This document shows, piece by piece, positions 47,311 to 57,000 of a DNA stretch of 64,000 bases. The notes under the pieces were generated by a model that did not search any database, had not been told where the DNA came from, and saw nothing but the letters and a program-made list of their open reading frames with translations. Location: NCBI GenBank assembly GCA_039193795.1, contig JBCCWI010000005.1, positions 3,657 through 67,656 of the forward strand, given 5' to 3'. The DNA comes from Actinomycetota bacterium (GTDB lineage Bacteria > Actinomycetota > Acidimicrobiia > Acidimicrobiales > Aldehydirespiratoraceae). A program made the translations under genes and the position numbers. Each line of letters opens with the position of its first letter. The stretch's first letter is position 1.

Positions 47311-47978
47311 CGAGCCGATCGTGGGCGGCGGTGGTGATGGGCGCCGCGCTCGTCGTCGCGGCCTGCGGCGCCGACGACCCGATCGGCGACCCCGCCGACG
47401 CGGCGATCGGCATCCGCGCGACCGGGTGCGGCCTGGCCGATCGGCTGGGGACCGGCGCGATCATCGCCGACGACGACCGTGCGGTGATCGTGACGTCGGC
47501 GCACACCGTGGCCGGCGCCGAGACGGTGACCGCCGAGCTCGGGAACGGTCGCACCGCGGTGGAAGTCCTCGTGCTCGACACCGAGCGCGACATCGCCGTG
47601 CTGAGCGCGCCGGCGTGGATCGGTCCGGCGCGCCGACTCGGGACGCCCCGCGCCGACGACGAGGCCAGCCTCGCCGTGTGGACCCCCGACGAACCGGTCG
47701 CCGTGGTCGACACGACGATCACCCGGCTGCTGCGGGTCACCATCGAGGACATCTATCTCCAGGATGAACACGAACGGCGGGCCTTCGAGATCTCCGCCGA
47801 CATCGTGCCCGGCGACTCGGGCGCCCCGATCGTGGCCGCCGACGGATCGGTGCTCGGCATCGTCTACGCCCGCTCGCGGAGTCGCGACGGCGTCGCCTTC
47901 GCGGTCTCGGCGCTGGAACTCGCTCCGGTGGTCGCCGGGGCCGGACGCGAGCCGACCGACCCGGGACGCTGCGTCTGA
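47307..47978 (+). CDS. Trypsin-like (S1, MarP-like) serine protease lipoprotein
   Basis: Lipobox VVAAC; catalytic triad TSAH, DIAVL and GDSG. Confidence 0.85.
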   Translation: MTSRSWAAVVMGAALVVAACGADDPIGDPADAAIGIRATGCGLADRLGTGAIIADDDRAVIVTSAHTVAGAETVTAELGNGRTAVEVLVLDTERDIAVLSAPAWIGPARRLGTPRADDEASLAVWTPDEPVAVVDTTITRLLRVTIEDIYLQDEHERRAFEISADIVPGDSGAPIVAADGSVLGIVYARSRSRDGVAFAVSALELAPVVAGAGREPTDPGRCV

Positions 47979-48028
47979 CCACAACGACGCTGGCGGTCCC
48001 GACCGGCGGTCGCGCATACTCGACCCAC

Positions 48029-49213
48029 ATGTCCGACGCTCCGGTGGTCCACATCGATCCGTCCTCGTTCTGGGACGACCCCTACCCGACACTGCGGGCG
48101 ATGCGAGCCGAGACCCCGATCTGCGCCGTCCCCGAGCTCGGCGCCACGCTGCTGACCCGGCGCGACGACATCCACACGTGCGAGAAGAACGTCGAGGTCT
48201 TCTCCTCAGATCAGCCCGGAGGGCTGATGAACGTCCTCATGGGCAAGAACATGATGCGCGCCGACGGCGAAGAGCATCGGCGCGAACGATTCGTCTACTA
48301 CCCGGCGATCTCGCCGCGGCGCGTCAAGGCGGTGTGGGCCCAGCAGTTCAGCCGCATCGCCGACGCCGTGCTGGCCGACCTCGCCCCCGCCATCGAACAC
48401 GGGACCGACCTGGTGCCGACGTACGCCACCGCGATCAGTGGCGAGTGCCTCAAGGCGATGACCGGTCTGACCAACATCACGTTCCAGGAGATGGACGCCT
48501 GGAGCCAGGCGATGATCGACGGGATCGCCAACTACGGCGGCGACCCCGACATCGAGGCGGCGTGTCACACAGCCACTGCGGCGATCGACGCCGCCATCGA
48601 CGATCGGCTCGACGCACTCCGGTCGCGACCCGACGACAGCCTGCTCTCGGTGATGACGGCCGCGGGCATGCCCGAGTCGAACGTCCGGGCCAACATCAAG
48701 CTCACGATCTCGGGCGGACAGAACGAACCACGCGACGCGATCGCCGGCACGGTGTGGGCGGTCCTGACCCACCCCGACCAGCGCGCCCACATCGAGGACG
48801 GCACCACCACCTGGCTCGACGCCTTCGAGGAGTACTGCCGATGGATCTCGCCGATCGGCATGTCACCTCGACGGATCGCCACCGAGCACCGGTTCGGCGG
48901 GGTTCGGTTCGAGCCCGAGGAACGGGTCTTCTTGATGTTCAGCTCGGCCAACCACGACGAGGACCACTTCGAGCACCCCGAACGATTCGACGTTCGCCGC
49001 GACACCACCGCGGCCTTGGCGTTCGGCGCCGGACCTCACTTCTGCGCCGGCGCCGCCGCATCTCGATCGATGGTCGGTGACATCGCGCTGCCCCGGCTGT
49101 TCGAACGCTTCCCGGATCTCGAACTCGACCCCGATGCTGCGCCGGCGCACTTCGGCGGCTGGGCATTCCGAGGACCACTCCACCTCGGCGTGCGAGGCCG
49201 TCGTCGCACGTGA
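48029..49213 (+). CDS. Cytochrome P450
   Basis: EYCR (ExxR), HPERFD, FGAGPHFCAG heme motif; atypical I-helix GGQNEP. Confidence 0.95.
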   Translation: MSDAPVVHIDPSSFWDDPYPTLRAMRAETPICAVPELGATLLTRRDDIHTCEKNVEVFSSDQPGGLMNVLMGKNMMRADGEEHRRERFVYYPAISPRRVKAVWAQQFSRIADAVLADLAPAIEHGTDLVPTYATAISGECLKAMTGLTNITFQEMDAWSQAMIDGIANYGGDPDIEAACHTATAAIDAAIDDRLDALRSRPDDSLLSVMTAAGMPESNVRANIKLTISGGQNEPRDAIAGTVWAVLTHPDQRAHIEDGTTTWLDAFEEYCRWISPIGMSPRRIATEHRFGGVRFEPEERVFLMFSSANHDEDHFEHPERFDVRRDTTAALAFGAGPHFCAGAAASRSMVGDIALPRLFERFPDLELDPDAAPAHFGGWAFRGPLHLGVRGRRRT

Positions 49214-49989
49214 GACGGACGCGCTGGAGAACGACGCCGTCTCGTATTGCCGCGGCGCTGCTCCTCGCCGCCGTTGCCGCCGCGTGCGCCGCACCGCTGT
49301 CTCCGGAGGAAGAGATGCTTCGAGACGCGCTCGAAGACCTGGGCGACCGGATCCACGCAAGCCGAGCCGTGGTGGAGGTTCGGGCATCCGGATGCGGAGC
49401 GGAGCCGACGGTCGCGAGCGGGGTCGTCCTTCGCCACAACGCCCGCACGGTCGTGGCAGTGCCGGCCCAGGTGGTCGCCGGCGCCACGGCCGTCGAGGGC
49501 GAGGGGTGGCCGTTCCCCCTACCGGTCGACATGGAGGTGGTGGCGTTCGATCCCCGGCTCGATGTCGCACTGCTCCAGGCGACGCTCACCGTTCCCGCCG
49601 GCCGCGAGCGTCGAGACGTTGCCGGGGACTTCACCAACGGGGTCGACGTGTCCACCGGCGAGACACCCGATCGGGCCGAGGTGCTGCGCTGGACCCCGAC
49701 CGGCACCGCGGCGGTCGTCGTCGACATCGTCGGCCCGTTCGAGGAGACGCTCGGGGACATCTACGGAGACCAGGAGGTCGTGCGTCAGGTCCTCCAGGTC
49801 AACGGGGACTTCGTCGCCGGTGCGCTTCCAGCCGGCGCTCCGATCATCGACGAGGGGGGCGATCTGATCGGGATCATCGACGATCGTTCCCCCGCCGACG
49901 GCAGCGCCTGGGCCGCGGTGGCGACGGAGTTGATGCCGGCCCTCGAGACGGTCGGGTACGACGTCGTCGACAACGGGACCTGCCCCTGA
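49210..49989 (+). CDS. Trypsin-like fold lipoprotein, probably catalytically inactive
   Basis: Aligns by eye with the 47307 protease, but has PAQV in place of SAHT and LPAGAP in place of GDSGAP. Confidence 0.7.
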   Translation: MRRTRWRTTPSRIAAALLLAAVAAACAAPLSPEEEMLRDALEDLGDRIHASRAVVEVRASGCGAEPTVASGVVLRHNARTVVAVPAQVVAGATAVEGEGWPFPLPVDMEVVAFDPRLDVALLQATLTVPAGRERRDVAGDFTNGVDVSTGETPDRAEVLRWTPTGTAAVVVDIVGPFEETLGDIYGDQEVVRQVLQVNGDFVAGALPAGAPIIDEGGDLIGIIDDRSPADGSAWAAVATELMPALETVGYDVVDNGTCP

Positions 49990-50015
49990 GCACGGCCACC
50001 GGTACCCTCCCCGAC

Positions 50016-50957
50016 ATGATCCTGGGGTTCGATGTCGGGGGAACCAATGCGAGGGCGCTGCTGATCGACCCGGAGACGGGCGAGATCCGCGACCGAGATC
50101 GCGAGTCGAGTCGAGGCGCGGGCCCCGTGCTGCTCGAGACCCTGCTGCGCATGGTCGACCGCATGGAGCGCCACAACGACTGCCAGATCGAGGCGATCGG
50201 CCTCGGTGTGGCGGGACTCGCCCACCGGTCGGGCGTCATCCACTACTCCCCGAATCTCCCCGAACTGGTCGAGTACCCCCTCGGGACCGAACTCCAGGGC
50301 CGCGTCGATCGGCCGGTCGTCGTGATGAACGACGCGACCGCCGGCACCTGGGCCGAGGCCAAGCTCGGAGCGGGACGCGGCAGCGACGACTTCATGCTCA
50401 TCACCCTCGGCACGGGCATCGGCAGCGGTTTCGTGGTCGGCGGACACCTGATCCACGGCCACAACGGGTTCGCAGGCGAGTCGGGCCACATGGTGGTCGA
50501 CGCCAACGGGCCGACCCACCACACCGGACAACAGGGACCGTGGGAGTACTACGCGTCGGGCACCGCACTCGGCCAGATCGGCCGATCGCAGGCCCAGGTC
50601 GGTCTGTTCCCCTCCGCCCTGAGCCTGGCCGGCTCGGTGGCGGCGATCACCGGCTTCACCGTCGCCGAGGCGCTGAGCCGGGGCGACAAGGAGGCCGAGC
50701 GGATCTTCGACGGCTTCTGCCGCCAGGTCGCGGTCGGGCTCGCCAACCTGGTCATGATTTTCGATCCGGAGCGGATCGTGCTCGGCGGCGGGCTGACCGA
50801 CATCGGCGAGCCATTGCGCTCCGGCGTGCAGTACTGGCTCGACAACCTCACCCTCGGCGCCGAGTACCGGCCCCCGGTCGAGGTCGTGATGGCCCAGCTC
50901 GGCGACGATGCCGGCGCGCTCGGTGCCGCGCTGTGGGCGAGGGAGAGCGCCGACTGA
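50016..50957 (+). CDS. ROK family kinase (glucokinase-like)
   Basis: GFDVGGTN, NDA, TLGTGIGSG and GESGHM. ATG at 50016. Confidence 0.92.
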   Translation: MILGFDVGGTNARALLIDPETGEIRDRDRESSRGAGPVLLETLLRMVDRMERHNDCQIEAIGLGVAGLAHRSGVIHYSPNLPELVEYPLGTELQGRVDRPVVVMNDATAGTWAEAKLGAGRGSDDFMLITLGTGIGSGFVVGGHLIHGHNGFAGESGHMVVDANGPTHHTGQQGPWEYYASGTALGQIGRSQAQVGLFPSALSLAGSVAAITGFTVAEALSRGDKEAERIFDGFCRQVAVGLANLVMIFDPERIVLGGGLTDIGEPLRSGVQYWLDNLTLGAEYRPPVEVVMAQLGDDAGALGAALWARESAD

Positions 50958-50987
50958 GCCACGGCTGCTCCCGGAGATCGCGCCGAG

Positions 50988-52022
50988 CTACCCGTCCGAG
51001 GCGCGGCCGGCACCCTTCGCCCGGCTCGGGCTGACCCGCGGCGGCTCGTGAGGCATCTTCGGATACACCGGCGGCCAGGGGGCATCGCCGAGCCCGGCCG
51101 CCCAGTCCCGCTCGTGCCACTCGAGCAACGGGTCGAGTGACTGTGGATCGTCGGGCATGGCCGACCAGGCATCGCCGCGGTCGGCGAGGAGTCCCGGAAC
51201 GGTCGCGATCGTGACGTCCTCGGGTTCGACGTCGGCGACGTCGTCCCAGGTCATCGGCATCGACACCTGGGCGCCGACGCGCGGGCGAGCCGACCACGCG
51301 CCGAACACGGTCTTGTGGGGCGCGTTCTGGTTGAAGTCGACGAAGACCCGTTCGCCGCGTTCCTCCTTCCACCACTCGCAGGTGAGCAGGTCGGGTCGAC
51401 GACGCTGCAGCTCCCGAGCGAGCGCGACCGCGGCGTAGCGCACGTGGAACCCGTCCCACTCCGGCCGCAGCCGGACATAGATGTGGATCCCCTTGCTGCC
51501 CGAGGTCTTGGGCCACGCGCGGATCCCGATCTCGTCGAGGACCGCTCGCACCTCGAGCGCCGCGGCCCGCACGTCGTCGAAGGTCGTACCGGGCTGCGGG
51601 TCGAGATCGATTCGCAGCTCGTCGGCGTGGGCGAGATCGTCGGCCTGGTGCGGCCAGACGTGGAAGCCGAGGCAGCCCATGTTCACCGCCCACACGATGT
51701 GGGCCATGTCGTGCGCGACCAGTGCGTTGGAGGGAGTGCCGTTGGGGGTGCTGAGGGTGACCGTCCGGAGCCAGTCCGGCGCTCCCTTCGGCACCCGTTT
51801 CTGGAAGAACGACTTGCCGCGGGCACCGTCGGGGTATCGCTCCATCAGCAGTGGACGTCCGCCGACCGCCCGCATGAACGGCTCGGCGACCGCCAGGTAG
51901 TACTCGACCAGATCGAGCTTGGTCTCACCTCGCTTCGGGAAGAACTCCTTCGACGGGCTCGTCACCCGTGCGTCGACGCCGTCGATGTCGAGGAGTACCG
52001 GATCTTCGCCTGACGCGGCCAT
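50988..52022 (-). CDS. Stand-alone LigD-type primase-polymerase domain (Prim-PolC-like)
   Basis: TKLDLVEYY, RYPDG, FFQKR, IDLDP, KTSGSKGIH, WWKEERG and DFNQN. ATG at 52022. Confidence 0.9.
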   Translation of the reverse strand: MAASGEDPVLLDIDGVDARVTSPSKEFFPKRGETKLDLVEYYLAVAEPFMRAVGGRPLLMERYPDGARGKSFFQKRVPKGAPDWLRTVTLSTPNGTPSNALVAHDMAHIVWAVNMGCLGFHVWPHQADDLAHADELRIDLDPQPGTTFDDVRAAALEVRAVLDEIGIRAWPKTSGSKGIHIYVRLRPEWDGFHVRYAAVALARELQRRRPDLLTCEWWKEERGERVFVDFNQNAPHKTVFGAWSARPRVGAQVSMPMTWDDVADVEPEDVTIATVPGLLADRGDAWSAMPDDPQSLDPLLEWHERDWAAGLGDAPWPPVYPKMPHEPPRVSPSRAKGAGRASDG

Positions 52023-52113
52023 GACCGGTGACGCTACCTCCTGACCGTGCTTCACTTTCGGGCGACCGCGGCCGACGGAGAAGCGACGACGGCGAACGAC
52101 GAACGGCGGATCC

Positions 52114-52824
52114 GTGACCGAACCCACCAACGACTCCGAGCACGACCCGAGCGCGGGACCCCTCGGCGGGGCCGGCGACGAACCGGCCCCGACCGGGCAG
52201 AGCGTTCCCGGCATCCCCGCGCCCCCTCCGGCCGCGGACGAGATCCCGCCCCCGCCGATGCCCGGCGCCACCGCGCCGCCCCCTCCCCCGCCGCCGGGCG
52301 CCGCCGGCGGACGGCCCCGGGTCGGGATCGGCGCCGACGGCTCGATCCAGCACACGACCGCACCCGAGGAGTCCTGGTTCAGCCGGATCCCCCTGGGCGT
52401 GCGGATCATCGCGCCGATCGTCATCGTCTTCGGCGTGATCGGCTGGTGGACCAGCCGAGGTCAGACCGACGCCGAGGACCTCGGGCCCGGCGACTGCTTC
52501 GCCATCCCGACCGCCGACGAGTTCGAGTCGGTGACCGACCAGAGCTGTGACGAGCCACACGAGGCCGAGATCGTCGCGATCGTCCAGGCCCCGTTCGGGA
52601 CGGCGTGGCCCGGCACCGGCGACATCGACGCCATCGTCGCCTCCGAGGACGCGTGCTTCGTGGTGATCGCCGAACTCACCCTCGTCGACGAGAACATCCC
52701 CCTCGACGCCGAGCTCGGCTTCTTCTTCACCGATCAGAGCGTGTGGAACGGAGGCGACCGCGAGGTGATGTGTTACGTCACCGCACCGGCGCCACTGGTC
52801 GGATCGGTGTTCCCGGGCGGCTGA
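52114..52824 (+). CDS. Membrane protein with Pro-rich N-terminus and septum-formation-family domain
   Basis: TM segment, then LGPGDCF...CDEPHEAE...WNGGDREVMC. Confidence 0.75.
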   Translation: MTEPTNDSEHDPSAGPLGGAGDEPAPTGQSVPGIPAPPPAADEIPPPPMPGATAPPPPPPPGAAGGRPRVGIGADGSIQHTTAPEESWFSRIPLGVRIIAPIVIVFGVIGWWTSRGQTDAEDLGPGDCFAIPTADEFESVTDQSCDEPHEAEIVAIVQAPFGTAWPGTGDIDAIVASEDACFVVIAELTLVDENIPLDAELGFFFTDQSVWNGGDREVMCYVTAPAPLVGSVFPGG

Positions 52825-53943
52825 TCAGTCCTGATCGACCGGCGGCACGAGCACCTCGACCGCCACGAGCGTCGCGGCAGCGGTGGCGAGCATGACCGCC
52901 CCGACCACGCTCAGAGTCTCGAAGCTGCCGGCCGACACCAGCGCGCCGCCGAGCAGCGGTCCGATCGCCCGACCGGCCGCCATCGCCGCCTGGGCGTCGC
53001 CGGCGCGCTCCGCCGGGAAGCGCGACCGGGCGGCGAGGATGGCGTAGGCGCCGGGCGTCGCCGCCCAGAAGGCGGCGCCCCACACCACGAGGATCACCCA
53101 CATGAACGCGGCTTCGTCGGCGAACCCGACGGCGAGCGCGCAGGCGGCGGTGACGAAGTAGAACGCGCCGGCGTACGGGCGACGGCCGCGGTAGCGGGCG
53201 GACGGGATGCTCGCCGCGGCGTTGGCGGAAAACACCAGCGAGATCGTCAGGGCGGACATGCCGTACTGCTCCTGACCGATCGCACCGATGAACACGAACA
53301 CCGCCGAGCCGCCGAGCGTGGCCAGCGACAGCGCGGCGATGACGACGAGCGCAGCCCGCACCGCCCGGTTGCGGCCCGTCCGATCGGTGTCCGGCGGCAC
53401 CCGGACCTTCGGAACCCGGGCGAGCGGGATCAGGGTGATCCCGGCCAACACGACGAACACCGCCCGGACGTCGAGGGTGTCGATCACCAGACCGAACACC
53501 GGCGAGGCGACCACGGCGGCGATCGGACCGACGACGGTGAGGTCGCTGGTTCGCTCGGCGTCGCCGAACACCTGGGAGTAGGCCAACCAGGTCAGCGTCC
53601 CGAGCGCGAGACCGGCGATCGAACGCAGGGCGACGAGCGCCACCAACGACGGTGCCGCCGCACTCCCGAGGTTGACGGCCGCGAGGACGACCAGGGCGCC
53701 GATGAACAACCGGCTCGACGGGCGGGTGACCCGGCCGGCGAGGCTCGACCCGATCACGAAGCAGGCCAGTTGGGCGGCGGAGAACAGGGCGACCGTGCCG
53801 GTGCCCACGTCGAACTCGTCGGCCAACGGCGCCAGCACCAACGGTGTGGCGACGAACGTGGCGGTGGCGACCGCCATCGCCAGCACGATCCCGATCTCCG
53901 TCTGGACCCGGAAGGCGTTCTGCAACCGGTACGGGACGTGCAT
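52825..53943 (-). CDS. MFS transporter
   Basis: About 12 hydrophobic segments; GPLLGGAL. Confidence 0.82.
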   Translation of the reverse strand: MHVPYRLQNAFRVQTEIGIVLAMAVATATFVATPLVLAPLADEFDVGTGTVALFSAAQLACFVIGSSLAGRVTRPSSRLFIGALVVLAAVNLGSAAAPSLVALVALRSIAGLALGTLTWLAYSQVFGDAERTSDLTVVGPIAAVVASPVFGLVIDTLDVRAVFVVLAGITLIPLARVPKVRVPPDTDRTGRNRAVRAALVVIAALSLATLGGSAVFVFIGAIGQEQYGMSALTISLVFSANAAASIPSARYRGRRPYAGAFYFVTAACALAVGFADEAAFMWVILVVWGAAFWAATPGAYAILAARSRFPAERAGDAQAAMAAGRAIGPLLGGALVSAGSFETLSVVGAVMLATAAATLVAVEVLVPPVDQD

Positions 53944-54001
53944 GCCGTCACCCTACGCGCCACCGGACGCGCCGCTCACCAACGCATTCGGAGGGACTCG
54001 C

Positions 54002-54030
54002 TCGGTGCCCCGACAGCGTCGGGGCACCGA
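54002..54030 (-). terminator. Perfect 13-bp stem-loop, probable terminator
   Basis: TCGGTGCCCCGAC-AGC-GTCGGGGCACCGA, 17 nt past the stop of the 1227-aa gene. Confidence 0.7.
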
Positions 54031-54046
54031 TGGCGAAGCGGATCCG

Positions 54047-57000
54047 CTACGGGGTGTCGACCACGAGCAGCCCGGTGGGCGCCGAGTTGTTCCCGGCCGC
54101 GTCCTGGGCTCGCACCTGGTAGCGGTAGCGGGTTCCCGGGTCGAGGCCCACGTCGACGAAGGTGAGCTGGTTGGCGGGCAGGAAGGCCACGAACTGCCAG
54201 TTCCGGTGGATGAGGTAGCCGGTCACGCCCACGTCGTCGATCGCCGCGTCCCACGTGACGGTCGCCTCGTCGCCGGCCCCGCTGAGCACCGCGGCCGCGT
54301 TGGCGGGCGTGTTCGGGGGCGTGACGTCGGGTCCACCGTTCGACACCGTGATCGCCTGGATCGGCGATGGCGCCGAGTAGGAGTTGTCCTGGGCCTGAGC
54401 CCGCACCTGATAGCGGTACGCCTCGCCCTGCACCACGTTGGTGTCGATCCACGACGACTCGGTCAACGGCACGAACCGGACGAACTGGAAGTCGCGGTGG
54501 ATGACGTAGCCCTTCACGTCGGCGACGCGTTCCCAGGTCACCGTGACCTCGTCGACGCCGTTGGTGGCGAGCACGACGTTGGCCGGCGTGCCGAACGGCG
54601 GCAACGGATCGTTGTCGCCGACGGTGATCGTCTGCACCGGCGACGGTGCCGAGTAGGAGTTGTCCGGGGCCTGGGCCCGGACCTGGTAGGCGTAGGTTTC
54701 ACCAGCCACGACCCCGGTGTCGTCCCATTGGGTGGTGCCGGCCGGCAGCCACTTCAGGAACTGGAAGTCGCGATGGATGAGGTAGCCCTTGACGTCGCCG
54801 ACGGGGTCCCACTCGATCGACACGGTGTCGGCGCCGTTGGTGGCGAGCTCGACGTTTCCGGGCGTACCGAACGGCGGCGCGACCCCGAACTCGATCGCGT
54901 CGTCGACACCGTTGCCGTTGGCGTCGGTGCCGCCCTCGGCGTCGCTGCCGTCGACCCGTCCGTCGTTGTTGGTGTCGAGCGCCGCGTAGGCGGTGCCAAC
55001 GATGTCGAACGTGCCGTCGTCGTCGGAGTCGAGGTCGACATGGTCCGGGTCGCCGTCGCCGTCGCTGTCGGGCGCGGTCGTCACCGTTCCCTGGAGGCCG
55101 AGCGAGTCGACCTGGAAGTCGCCGTCGGCGTCGGCGAGGCCGATCTCGATCACGTCGGCGATGCCGTCGCCGTCGGAGTCGAGATCGAGTCGGTTGGGCA
55201 GCCCGTCGTTGTCGGGGTCGGGGTTGTTCGGGGGGATCGGCGTGATGGTGACGTCGCCCAGGGCCGCGACCCACTCGCCGTACGCAGAGGAGTCGACGTA
55301 CCAGTCGACGCCTGCGGCGACGTTGACGGTGCGCAGCACGACGCCGTCGAGGCTGTACACCAGCGTGGTGCCGATGACCTCGATCGAGAGCCGCGAGCCC
55401 TGGGCGTAGGTGATGAAGTTGCCCTGCCCTGTGCCCGACTCGTAGATCTGGATGGTGCCACGGGCCAGGTAGATCGCGTGGTCGATGTCGCTGAAGTCGC
55501 CGTTGCTCTCGACGTCGCCGAGCCCGAACATCACGTACTCGAGATCGGGGACGTGATCGACCTCGAACGACAGTGAGAAGTCGGTGCCGGGCGGGATGCC
55601 ATAGGTGGAGAAGCGATCCGAGTTCACCCACGCCTGCCAGGTGCGGGTGCCGCCGTTCCAGGTCACGTCGTCGCCGTCGACCGACGCGGAGGCCGACACG
55701 AGCGGCCAGGTGTCGACCGCGGCGATGGCGACCGGGTCGTCGGCGATGTCGACGAGCCCGTCGTTGTCGCCGTCGACGTCGGCGTTGTCCCCCACCCCGT
55801 CGCCGTCGGCGTCGGCCGACTCGTTCGGATCGTTCGGGAAGACGTCGGCGTTGTCCCCGACCCCGTCGCCGTCGGTGTCGGCGGTCTCACCCGGGTCGTT
55901 CGGGAAGGCGTCGCCGTTGTCCCCGACCCCGTCGCCGTCGGTGTCGGCCGACTCGTTCGGATCGTTCGGGAAGACGTCGGCGTTGTCGCCCACCCCGTCG
56001 CCGTCGGTGTCGGCCGACTCGTTCGGGTCGTAGGGGAAGGCGTCGTTGACGTCGTCGACGCCGTCGTTGTCGTCGTCGGGATCGACATTGTCGGGGATCC
56101 CGTCGCCGTCGAAGTCGCCGGTGGTGTTCACCAGGATCGGCTGCGACGACTGACCGGTCGAGTATCCGACCGGCACGGCGCTGACCCGGTAGGCGAAGCT
56201 CTGATCGGGCGGCGGGGTGTCGTCGAAGGAGGTCTGGGTGGTCGAACCGATCACCACACCGTCGCGGACGATGTCGTAGCGAAGTACGCCGGGACCGAGG
56301 TCGGCCGGCGCGTCCCAGCTCAGTGCGACCGTCGCGCCCTGGACGGTGTGGGTCAGGTTCTCGACCTGGGAGATGACGGGGCAGAACCGGCCGAAGCCGT
56401 CGACGTCCCCGGTGAAGTCGCCGCCGATGTACACACAGCCCCGCGTGTCGGCGTAGGCCGCGTACGGGCCCTCGTTCCAGAAGCGCATGTTCGGCAACCA
56501 GTTCCACTCGCTGCCGTCGGGGCGATACAGGATCACGCCGCCGCGGTCGTCGAGATCCCAGTCCTCGCCGTTGGTGGAGTTCCAGTAGCTGCCGCGGCAG
56601 TGACAGCCGAAGAGCACCACGTCGGACGACAACATCTCGCCGACCTGGAAGTCGCCGCCGTGGTTGTTGCCGCCGCGCCAGCTGCCGGAGCTGCAGTCGG
56701 CGAACACGGTGATGAAGCCGGTCGCCACACATCCTTCGTCAGCCCAGCTGTCGGCGTTGCGGAACTGCAGGTAGTGCTGCTCGCCGCCGAGCCAGTACTG
56801 GTCACCGACGACGACCGACGCATAGGTCCGGGACCAGTTGCCGTTGAGCGAGATCGGATAGCCCGGGACGGTCGAACCATCGTTGAGCGAGACGATCGCA
56901 GCCGTGCGGGTGCTCGCGCTGGCGTTCACGGAGGTGAACGAGCCGGTCAAGATGACCTGGGCACGCGCCGGGTCGACGCTCACGTCGAACACGCCGCCAC

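Noticed and set aside
55775-56045. Tandem repeats as a possible CRISPR array
   Set aside because: In-frame 66-bp coding repeats without unique spacers, and no cas genes in the window.
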